Assembly (NCBI GenBank): GCA_958295525.1
Contig: OY282355.1
Coordinates: 1,487,504 to 1,551,503, forward strand
Source of the DNA: an uncultured Dehalococcoidia bacterium
GTDB lineage: Bacteria > Chloroflexota > Dehalococcoidia > Lucifugimonadales > Australimonadaceae
Reading direction: 5' to 3'
DNA length: 64,000 nucleotides
The notes under the pieces were generated by a model that was not told the origin of the DNA, ran no database searches, and was given only the letters and a program-made list of their open reading frames with translations. The first letter of the stretch is position 1. The number at the start of each line of letters is the position of its first letter. The translations under genes and the position numbers were made by a program. This document shows, piece after piece, positions 43,334 to 50,900 of this stretch.

Positions 43334-44650
43334 TTGGCGGAGCAACGAGCGTTGGCGGAGCAAAAGGGAACCGCGGAGAGCGGGCGCGGCGTCTTCTACG
43401 GCTGGTACGTCGTGGGCGCGGCGTTCTTTATGGTGTTCGTCTCCGCCGGATTCCGGCAGGGCTACGGCCTGTTCGTGCCCGCTTGGGGAGACCATTTCGG
43501 GGCGTCCGTCGCGGTTTTCTCGTTCATCGCCTCGGCGGGGTGGGTGGTGAACGGCGTCGCGCAGCCTGTGGTCGGCATGCTCGCCGACACGCACGGCGCG
43601 AAGAGGGTGACGGCGTGGAGTTTGGCCGTTCTCGGCGCGAGCGTGGCGGGGATGGCGGTCGCGCCGAACGTTTGGACGCTGGCGTTCTTCTACATAACGT
43701 TCGCCTCGTTCGCCATCGCGGGGGCGCAGTTCACGCCGGTGACGCCGCTCATTGCGCGGTGGTTCGTTCGGAAGCGCGGCGCCGCCCTCAGCGTTCTGAC
43801 CGCCGGAGGGTCGGCGGGGGCGATGCTGCTCATTCCTCTGGCCGCGAATATCGAAGCGTTGTGGAACTGGCGCGCGGCCATCGGCGCCATCGCGGGGATG
43901 ACGCTTCTGCTCGCGCTGCCCCTCGTGCTCATCGTGCTCCGCGACAGCCCTTCCGAGATGGGGCTGGCGCCCGACGGCGACGCCGCGGACGCCGTGAGCG
44001 CGGCGCGGCGCGGGCCGATTCCCGAGGGCCCGCTGACCGTCGACCGCTGGCGCAACGCCTACCGCTCCGCTCCGATGTGGCAACTGACGCTCACCTACGT
44101 TGTCTGCGGGGTGACCACCGCCATCATCTCCGTTCATTTCGTGACGTTCGCCAAGACTGAGGGCGTGCCGGAGACGACGGCCGCCTACGCCTTCGGGCTG
44201 CTGAGTTTTATGAATATGACGTGCGTGCTGGCGTTGGGCGTCGTCTCCGACCGCTTTCTGCGGAAGAACGCCCTTGCGGTCATCTACGCCGCGCGGGGCG
44301 TCGGCTTCCTCGCGCTGCTCGTGCTGCCGGTGTCGAGCGGGTTGTGGGCGTTCGCGGTCATCGCGGGGAGTTCATGGCTGGCGACGGTGCCGCAGACGAG
44401 CGCGCTGGCGGCGGAGATTTACGGCATCCGCAACGCGGGGGCGATCACGGGAATGCTGACGATGGTGCATATGCTCGCGGGGGCGGTCGCGGTGCTCGCG
44501 GCGGGGCTCGCCTACTCCCTCCTCGGCTCCTACGACGTTGTTTGGCTCGCGTCGGCGGCGATGCTGGCGGCGGCGGCGTTCCTCTCCTGGCTTCTGCGGG
44601 AGCGCGAACTATCGGCGCGCTTCAGTCCGGTCCGCCCGGCGGAGGCGTGA
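43334..44650 (+). CDS. MFS transporter
   Basis: 438 aa, about 12 TM spans. GMLADTHGAKRV-type loop 2-3 motif. TTG start within an 18-nt tandem duplication. Confidence 0.85.
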   Translation: MAEQRALAEQKGTAESGRGVFYGWYVVGAAFFMVFVSAGFRQGYGLFVPAWGDHFGASVAVFSFIASAGWVVNGVAQPVVGMLADTHGAKRVTAWSLAVLGASVAGMAVAPNVWTLAFFYITFASFAIAGAQFTPVTPLIARWFVRKRGAALSVLTAGGSAGAMLLIPLAANIEALWNWRAAIGAIAGMTLLLALPLVLIVLRDSPSEMGLAPDGDAADAVSAARRGPIPEGPLTVDRWRNAYRSAPMWQLTLTYVVCGVTTAIISVHFVTFAKTEGVPETTAAYAFGLLSFMNMTCVLALGVVSDRFLRKNALAVIYAARGVGFLALLVLPVSSGLWAFAVIAGSSWLATVPQTSALAAEIYGIRNAGAITGMLTMVHMLAGAVAVLAAGLAYSLLGSYDVVWLASAAMLAAAAFLSWLLRERELSARFSPVRPAEA

Positions 44651-44700
44651 TGAGCGTCCGCCGCGGCTGCGTCCGCTTGGGCGATGTGTAGGAATCGGCG

Positions 44701-44883
44701 ATGGGCATTCGCGCGCACCACTCCGAACCCACCGACCCGGAACTGCTGACGTGGCTCGTCCACGCGCTGGACGGCGTTATCGGGCAGGGGCCGGTCGTGA
44801 TGGTCGCCGTCATTGGATTCGTGGCCATCGTCATTCCGCTCGCGCTGGCCGTCCTCGCGCTCAGGCGCCTGCGTCGGCGGTAG
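44701..44883 (+). CDS. possible small membrane protein
   Basis: 60-aa ORF with one clear TM span (VVMVAVIGFVAIVIPLALAVLAL) and a basic end. No other support. Confidence 0.25.
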   Translation: MGIRAHHSEPTDPELLTWLVHALDGVIGQGPVVMVAVIGFVAIVIPLALAVLALRRLRRR

Positions 44884-44904
44884 GCGCAGCGCGCTCCGTC
44901 CAGA

Positions 44905-45206
44905 GGGCGGGGTTCCCGCTTTCGCGGGAATGACGTGGCGCGTGGGGTGGTTTGGAGACGAGGCGCGTTGCGCCTCGTCCGTGCGAGGGGCGAGATTCCC
45001 GCCTGCGCGGGAATGACGGGGCCAGTAGGTTCCTGCTTTCGCAGGAATGACGTGGCGTGTGGGGCGCTTTGGAGACGATGCGCTACGCGCCTCGTCCGGC
45101 GCTTGCGCGCCGACTGGATTCCCGCCTACGCGGGAATGACGGAATTGGGGGGCGGATCGCGCCTGCGCGGGAACGACGGGACAGGGGGCAGGGTTCCCGC
45201 CTACGC
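44905..45206. repeat. array of about 6-7 mosaic palindromic repeats between convergent genes
   Basis: GGTTCCCGCTTTCGCGGGAATGACG, GGAGACGAGGCGCGTTGCGCCTCGTCC, GATTCCCGCCTGCGCGGGAATGACG, GGTTCCTGCTTTCGCAGGAATGACG and others. The last, truncated copy overlaps the mgtE stop codon. Confidence 0.85.
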
Positions 45207-46610
45207 CAGCCGGTCTATCGCCAGCGTCGCAAGCCCCAGGAAGAGCAAGAAGCCCATCACGTCCGTCGCGGTCGTTACGACGACCGCCGAAGAGACCGCC
45301 GGATCTTGCCCCAGGCGGCGCAGCGCGAGCGGAACGCCCGCCCCGACGACGCCGGCCACGATCATATTGCCGAACATCGCCAGGCCGAGAATCAGCCCGA
45401 GCAGCGGGCTGCCCTGCCAGAGCGCCGCGCCCAGCGCCACGAGCGCGCCGAGGAACGCGCCGTTGAATACGCCCAACGCCGCCTCGCGGACGAGCAGCCG
45501 CCTCCCGCGCCGCGCGCCGATCTCTCCCAGCGCCATTCCCCGCACTGCGAGCGTCAGCGTTTGCGTGCCTCCGATGCCTCCCTGCCCCGCGACCACCGGA
45601 AGGAAAACCGCGAGCGCGGCCACGCGCGCGATGGTGGACTCGAACATGCTGATCACGCCCGCCGCCGCGAACGTCGTGAGGAGATTCAGCGCCAGCCACG
45701 GGGCGCGACTCCGCACCGACCGGCGAAACGAGGACAGCGGGCGCTCTTTGCCCATTCCCGCCATGCGGAACATATCTTCCGACGCTTCGGCTACTGCTAC
45801 GTCCCGCAGGTCCTCGGCGTCTATCACGCCCACGAGCGCGCCCGATGCGTTGGTGACCGCCAGTTCCGAGAGGTCGTACCGCTCGACGAGGCGGGCGCAC
45901 TCCTCCTGGTCCGCTCCTGTGTCCACCGACGCCTGCAGCGGGCGCATCAAGTCGGCGACGAGGGCGCGGGGCCGGGCGAGGGCGATCCGGCGGATGCTCA
46001 CGTAGCCGACCGGGCGGCCGTCGTCGTCCACCGCGAACACGACGTTCGTGGCGCCGCGCTCCTCCGAAGCCATGAGCCGCAGGAGGTCGAGCGCCATCTC
46101 CGCCGTCGCGTCCGCCCGCGCGCCGGACACGCGGGACATCAGCCCGCCCGCCGTCTCGTCCGGGTACTGCAGCAGCGGAATGACCTCTTCCGCCTCGCTC
46201 ATTCCGGCGAGCGCCGCCTCCGCTTGGTCGGAGGGAAGCGCGTGCAGAATATCCGCCGCCACGTCGGGCGCGAGTTCGTCGAGCGCGCTCGCCACGTCTT
46301 CCGGCGCGAGGAGCCGCGCGACTTCGGCGGCGTCCTCCGGCTCCAACTCCTCCAGCACCGGGGCGACGGCGGCGGCGTCCATCGCCTCCAAGAGCGCCCC
46401 GCGCTCCTCGCCCGTGGCGTCGAGCACGACGTCGGCTTGGTCGGCCGGGTGCAGCGTGAGCAAGGCGCGAACGGCCTCGCCGACGCGCTCCCCTTCCAGG
46501 AACCCGCGCACCGCCTCGGCGGTGTCCTCGACCATTTGGCCGGAGACGACCGCAGGCCCTGCCTCTTCTATTCGTTCGCGCTCGCTTTCGGGCGTCTCCG
46601 CCATCGTCAA
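45201..46610 (-). CDS. mgtE: magnesium transporter MgtE
   Basis: 469 aa. N-terminal acidic MgtE_N, CBS pair region, YPDETAGGLMS, and a C-terminal 5-TM MgtE domain. Confidence 0.9.
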   Translation of the reverse strand: MTMAETPESERERIEEAGPAVVSGQMVEDTAEAVRGFLEGERVGEAVRALLTLHPADQADVVLDATGEERGALLEAMDAAAVAPVLEELEPEDAAEVARLLAPEDVASALDELAPDVAADILHALPSDQAEAALAGMSEAEEVIPLLQYPDETAGGLMSRVSGARADATAEMALDLLRLMASEERGATNVVFAVDDDGRPVGYVSIRRIALARPRALVADLMRPLQASVDTGADQEECARLVERYDLSELAVTNASGALVGVIDAEDLRDVAVAEASEDMFRMAGMGKERPLSSFRRSVRSRAPWLALNLLTTFAAAGVISMFESTIARVAALAVFLPVVAGQGGIGGTQTLTLAVRGMALGEIGARRGRRLLVREAALGVFNGAFLGALVALGAALWQGSPLLGLILGLAMFGNMIVAGVVGAGVPLALRRLGQDPAVSSAVVVTTATDVMGFLLFLGLATLAIDRLA

Positions 46611-46660
46611 CCCTCCTTCAGGCGCTTACATCGTTGCGGACGGCGCCGCATCGCGGGCAA

Positions 46661-49600
46661 TTAGCGCCGCCCGCCGGAGCGCGACTCCGGATCAATCGAG
46701 CGACCAGACTTGCAGGTCGTAGCCCGTGCCGTAGCCGGGGACTTCGTTGCCTTCGTAGAAGCCCGTCCCCACCCAGACGCCGCCCCTCCGCTCAGGTCGA
46801 GCGCGTCGGCCTGCTCGCGGTTCACAGAAAGAACGCCCGCGCCGCCAACCGCCATCAGCCATAACGTGTTCTCGGCGTCCGCGCCCAGGTTCACCTGCGC
46901 CCGGCCATAGTCGCGGTAGACGGAGGAAATGCCGCCGCCGCGCCGGAAATGCTCCCACGAGCCGTCGCTGCCGACCGTGACGGCGTCGAAGGCGTTGCTT
47001 CTGTTCGGGTCGTCTCTGAACGCGATCCCGTAATCCCAACTCCCCACGCCGGAGGAGTAGGGATTGGTGAACGTGGCCACGACGATGAAATCGCCTACGC
47101 CGCCAGTCACCGAATGCGATTTGATGAGGCCGTCGTTCGTATGCGCAAGTTCGCCGGACGCCGTCTCCGCTAAGCGCGGCTCACGGACGGAGAATCCCCG
47201 GAATTGGGTTGTGCTCCCCGGGCTCTCCGCGCCCTGATGATAGCCGGTCATCACGGCGACGTCGCCCGTCGAGGCGCCGCCCTCCAAGTCCAACCCTGTT
47301 ACGAATTCCCCATTGACGAAGAGCCAGCCTATGGAGACGGCCGCGACGAGGCGCACTTCATTGGACGCGCCCGCCTGCGTTCGCAGCGCGCCTGTCCATC
47401 CCCTGTCCATGTCTCTCGATTCCGCGCTGCCGTCTCGTAAGTAATGGAACCATCGCCCGTCGTCGGTCAGCGCCACCACATGGAACCTGTTCTCGCCTGC
47501 GCTGCGAAACAGGAACCCATAGTCCCAACCGGCGGATGAGGGGTTGACGAATGTTGCGGCTGCGCTGAAGTCGGAGACGTGAACGTTCGCCTCGTATTCC
47601 TCTATGTAGCCGTCGTTGTCGTGCGGCATTGCGGCGTCCGCCGGGCCGAAACTGTTGCGCGCGCCGCGCCACGGGGTGGGCGTCGGTTGGACGCGAGGGG
47701 TTGGCGTGGGAGTCGCATTTCCTATCACGCGCCCCGCTTTCAGCACGGGCAGAAGGTCGATGACGGTTTCGGACGCGACGGCGAAGCCGTAGCCCTCGAT
47801 GTTCAGTCCGCCGGCCGTCTCTCGCTGGATAAAGGCGTTGACGCCGACCACCTCGCCGCTCAATGCGAAGAGCGGGCCGCCGCTGTTGCCGGGGTTGATC
47901 TCGGCGTTGGTTTGCACGAGCCAGCGCTTCCCTTCCGTGTCGAGGAACACGCGGGAGACGACGCCGTCCGTGAGCGAGGCGACCCCGGAATCGAATGCGT
48001 CCAGCGGGTAGCCCATTGCGAAAACGCTCGCGCCTTGCGGGGCGCGGGCGCCGCTGAGGCTCGCCGCCATGAAGTCTTGGGAGCAGCAAATGGAGAGGAC
48101 GGCCAGGTCTCGCGCGGCGTCGGAGCCGAGGACGGTCGCGTTATGCCACGATCTGTCCTCGACTTGCACGCGGACGCTGCGCGGGGACTCTTCGATGACG
48201 TGATGGTTCGTTACGACGATCGCCCTGCCTGACGAGTCCGCCTCGACGATGACGCCGGAGCCGGCGCTGCGCCCCGCCGTCACCTGGACGACGCTGGGCC
48301 GGACGCGGTCGGCGACCGCCTCGAGGCTTCCTTGCGCCGGCGCCGGACGCGGCGCAGGCGTCGCGGTTGGCGCAGGCGTGGGCGGCGGAGTAGGCGCGCT
48401 GACCGAAGTTGCGCCGTCCGGCGAAGCGGGCGTTGGCGTCCAAGTCGGGGCGGGCGTCCATGTTGGGTTGGGTGTCGGCGAAGGCGTTGGAGTCCAGGTT
48501 GGGGCGGGCGTCCAAGTGGGGTTCGGCGTCCAGGTGGGAGCGCCGTCGGGCATAGGCGCGCGGGTAGGGCGCGGCGTGGCCGTGGGGTTAGGCGCGGAGA
48601 CGAACTGATGCGTCGGGGTCGGAGCGGCGGCGGCGGGTATGGACGCTGTAGACGGCGTTTCCTGGTTCAAGTAGACCACCACGGCGACGATGGCGATGAC
48701 GGCGGCGAGCGCCCAGAACCATCCCCGTCCGCCTCCGCCCGAAGAGCCGCCGCCCGCTCCCGTTTGCCCCCCGGCGCCGGCGCCGCCGGCGCCGCTCGCG
48801 CCCCTGCCTGCAGGCTCGCGCTCCCGCTCCCCGTGTTGCGCTTGCCCTTGCCGCGGCTGCTCGGATGCGACCGCGCCCCGCCCATTGCAAAGGGAGCACT
48901 CCGCGCCTGCGCGAATGCTCTCGGACCCGACGACCAAGGCGCGCGCTTCGGACACTTCCTGCATTCGCAAGGTGGCGTCCGGAGCCTTGTTCCGGTCGGG
49001 GTGATATTGCATCGCCTTCCGGCGGAACGCCTGCGTTATCTCCTCAGAAGAAGCGCCTAACGGAATGTCCAACACCCGGTGATATTTTGTGGCGACTTTG
49101 CCTGATCCTCCGCACGACGGGCATTGCGCCGCCGCCGCTCGCCCCGCGTATCCGCTCCAGGGCGGGCTCGCCTCTTGGCGGCGGCGGCTCTCTTCCGCCT
49201 CCTTACGCGCTTTCTCCTCGCGGCGGCTCTGCTCGTCCGCCGCCCTGCGGGCTTCCTCTGAGCGGCGGCGGGCTTCCTCCGCGGCGCGGCGATTCTCCTC
49301 GCGGCGGCGCGTCTCTTTCTCTTCTTGGCGCGCCCGCTCGCGCCGCCGTTCGAAGACGTCCTCGTTTTCGTAGCCGGCGCCGGAGCACTGCGGGCAGCGC
49401 CCCCATTCGCCCGTATGCGAGGCGGTCTGTCCATGCCCGTCGCAGACGGAGCAGACGCCGCCGTCCACGAATCGGACGTCGTGCCCCTGTCGGCGGTGGC
49501 GCATCAGATGCTCGCCGCAGAGCGGGCCGAGCCCGGTGGCGAACGGCGCCTCCGAGCAGTAGCCGACGCCGCGCTCCTGGCATCCGGCCTCGCCGCAATG

Positions 49601-49738
49601 CGCTTGCTGCGGGTTGTGGACGTGCATCCGCCAGAGCGTCGTCGGGAAGGACCTGCCGCACCGGGGGCAGGTCCTGATAAAGCCGGCGCCGGACGCGCCG
49701 CCTCCGTCGCGGTGATAGTCGCGGTCATCGACGCCCAT
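46661..49738 (-). CDS. multidomain membrane protein: zinc ribbons, charged coiled coil, J domain, TM helix, Pro/Thr linker, trypsin-like (S1C) protease, two tandem lectin-like repeats
   Basis: J domain with YHPDRN. TM WFWALAAVIAIVAVVVYL. Linker PTWTPNPTWTPAPTWTP. Protease motifs VVTNHHVIE and GNSGGPLF. Two repeats of about 190 aa sharing F.NP....WDYG..FR. The true 3' end is probably 46692 after correcting a 1-nt indel (see findings). Confidence 0.7.
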   Translation of the reverse strand: MGVDDRDYHRDGGGASGAGFIRTCPRCGRSFPTTLWRMHVHNPQQAHCGEAGCQERGVGYCSEAPFATGLGPLCGEHLMRHRRQGHDVRFVDGGVCSVCDGHGQTASHTGEWGRCPQCSGAGYENEDVFERRRERARQEEKETRRREENRRAAEEARRRSEEARRAADEQSRREEKARKEAEESRRRQEASPPWSGYAGRAAAAQCPSCGGSGKVATKYHRVLDIPLGASSEEITQAFRRKAMQYHPDRNKAPDATLRMQEVSEARALVVGSESIRAGAECSLCNGRGAVASEQPRQGQAQHGEREREPAGRGASGAGGAGAGGQTGAGGGSSGGGGRGWFWALAAVIAIVAVVVYLNQETPSTASIPAAAAPTPTHQFVSAPNPTATPRPTRAPMPDGAPTWTPNPTWTPAPTWTPTPSPTPNPTWTPAPTWTPTPASPDGATSVSAPTPPPTPAPTATPAPRPAPAQGSLEAVADRVRPSVVQVTAGRSAGSGVIVEADSSGRAIVVTNHHVIEESPRSVRVQVEDRSWHNATVLGSDAARDLAVLSICCSQDFMAASLSGARAPQGASVFAMGYPLDAFDSGVASLTDGVVSRVFLDTEGKRWLVQTNAEINPGNSGGPLFALSGEVVGVNAFIQRETAGGLNIEGYGFAVASETVIDLLPVLKAGRVIGNATPTPTPRVQPTPTPWRGARNSFGPADAAMPHDNDGYIEEYEANVHVSDFSAAATFVNPSSAGWDYGFLFRSAGENRFHVVALTDDGRWFHYLRDGSAESRDMDRGWTGALRTQAGASNEVRLVAAVSIGWLFVNGEFVTGLDLEGGASTGDVAVMTGYHQGAESPGSTTQFRGFSVREPRLAETASGELAHTNDGLIKSHSVTGGVGDFIVVATFTNPYSSGVGSWDYGIAFRDDPNRSNAFDAVTVGSDGSWEHFRRGGGISSVYRDYGRAQVNLGADAENTLWLMAVGGAGVLSVNREQADALDLSGGAASGWGRASTKATKSPATARATTCKSGRSIDPESRSGGRR

Positions 49739-49779
49739 AGGCCGCTCAGTATAAGCGAGGCAGGGCGCTCACGGCGATG

Positions 49780-49975
49780 CGGGATGCGCTGCGCGCTGCG
49801 TGCGGGGGCGAGGTTCCCGCCTGCGCGTGAACGACGGAGATGGGGGGGGGGACGGCGGCGGCAGGGGCGAGATTCCCGCCTACGCGGGAATGACGGAGAT
49901 GGGGGGCGGGAACGGCACCGTCAGGGGGCGAGGTTCCCGCCTACGCGGGAATGACGATGGAGTGCGGGAACGACG
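49780..49975. repeat. cluster of three palindromic repeat cores
   Basis: GGTTCCCGCCTGCGCGTGAACGACGG, GATTCCCGCCTACGCGGGAATGACGG and GGTTCCCGCCTACGCGGGAATGACG at about 60-bp spacing. Confidence 0.8.
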
Positions 49976-49993
49976 GAAGGAAGGGGACGGGCG

Positions 49994-50821
49994 CTAGACC
50001 TCCAGCGGCGTGTCGTCGCGGTTCGCCCATTCGCCCATCGAGCCGTCGTACATCCGAACGGACGGATGGCCGATGAGCGTGAGCGCGAGCGTTGCGTGCG
50101 CCGCACGCACCCCGCCCTGTCAGTAGACGTGCACTTGCTTCTCCGGCGCGATGCCGAGCCCGCGCGCGATTTCCTCGATCTCCTCGCGCGGCTTGAACGT
50201 TCCGTCCTCGGCGACGAGCGCTGTCCACTCCAAGTGGCGCGCGCCCGGCACGCGGCCGACGCGGGCGTTGCCCCGCGAGTTCGCTCCCGTGTGCTCGTCG
50301 AGCGAGCGCACGTCCCAGATCACGGCGCCGGGGTCGCCAATCGCCGCCCGCAGCGACTCGACGTCGGACGCGATAGCGCGATTCGGAGGCTTCGGCGTGA
50401 AGGCCGCGCCCCCGCCGGAGACGGACGGCGGCCCAGCCGCGACCGGCCTGTCCTCGGCGGCCCACTTCCGCCATCCGCCGTTCAGCACGCGGACATCGGC
50501 GTGGCCGTAGTACGTCAGAACCCACCAGAGGCGCGCCGCGTCGCGGCTGTTGAAGCGGTCGTAGCCGACGACGAGCGCATCGTCGCCGATTCCGACGGAC
50601 TCGAACCACGCCTTCGCCTCGTCGGGCGGGGCGACGAGCCTGGGGTTGGCGGAGCCTTTGATCTGCCAGGTGGGGGAGAGCGCGGCGCCCGGGATATGGC
50701 CGGACTCGAAGGCGGCGCCGTCCTGCGCCATTTCGATCACGCGCAGGTTGGGGTCGCCCAAATGCTCCGCGAGCCAGTCCGTCTCGACGAGCAAGTCAGT
50801 TCGGGGGTAGCCGCTCATCAC
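49994..50821 (-). CDS. tandem-rhodanese sulfurtransferase with in-frame TGA at the catalytic cysteine position (candidate selenoprotein; alternatively a nonsense pseudogene)
   Basis: Track ORF 50120..50821 (rhodanese: WLAEHLGDPNLRVIE..., GHIPGA, LNGGWRKW) ends at TGA 50122-50120. The frame stays open for 41 more codons: QGGVRAAHATLALTLIGHPSVRMYDGSMGEWANRDDTPLEV-TAG (49996-49994). The total of 275 codons is typical for this family. Confidence 0.6.
50093..50109 (-). promoter_or_regulatory. 17-nt hairpin 10 nt downstream of the in-frame UGA (SECIS-like position)
   Basis: The mRNA reads UGA-CAGGGCGGGG-UGCGUGC-GGC-GCACGCA: a perfect 7-bp stem with a 3-nt G-containing loop. Confidence 0.35.
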
Positions 50822-50900
50822 GCGCCTCCTCTTCCTATGGAACGCCTCGCCGGAGGTTACAAGCCCTGCGGGGGCGGCGGCAACCTTTCACGCCCTCCGC

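Noticed and set aside
46611-46691. M-box (Mg2+) riboswitch upstream of mgtE
   Set aside because: Only about 50-80 nt separate mgtE from the preceding gene, which is too short for an M-box of about 160 nt. mgtE is more likely co-transcribed with the upstream giant gene.
49994-50122. Treating the rhodanese C-terminal 41 codons as non-coding and the gene as simply ending at TGA 50120
   Set aside because: The truncated product would lack the catalytic loop and the conserved YDGS..EW end, yet these are encoded perfectly in frame right after the TGA. Simple termination is therefore unlikely. The choice is between Sec recoding and a very recent nonsense mutation (kept as a finding).
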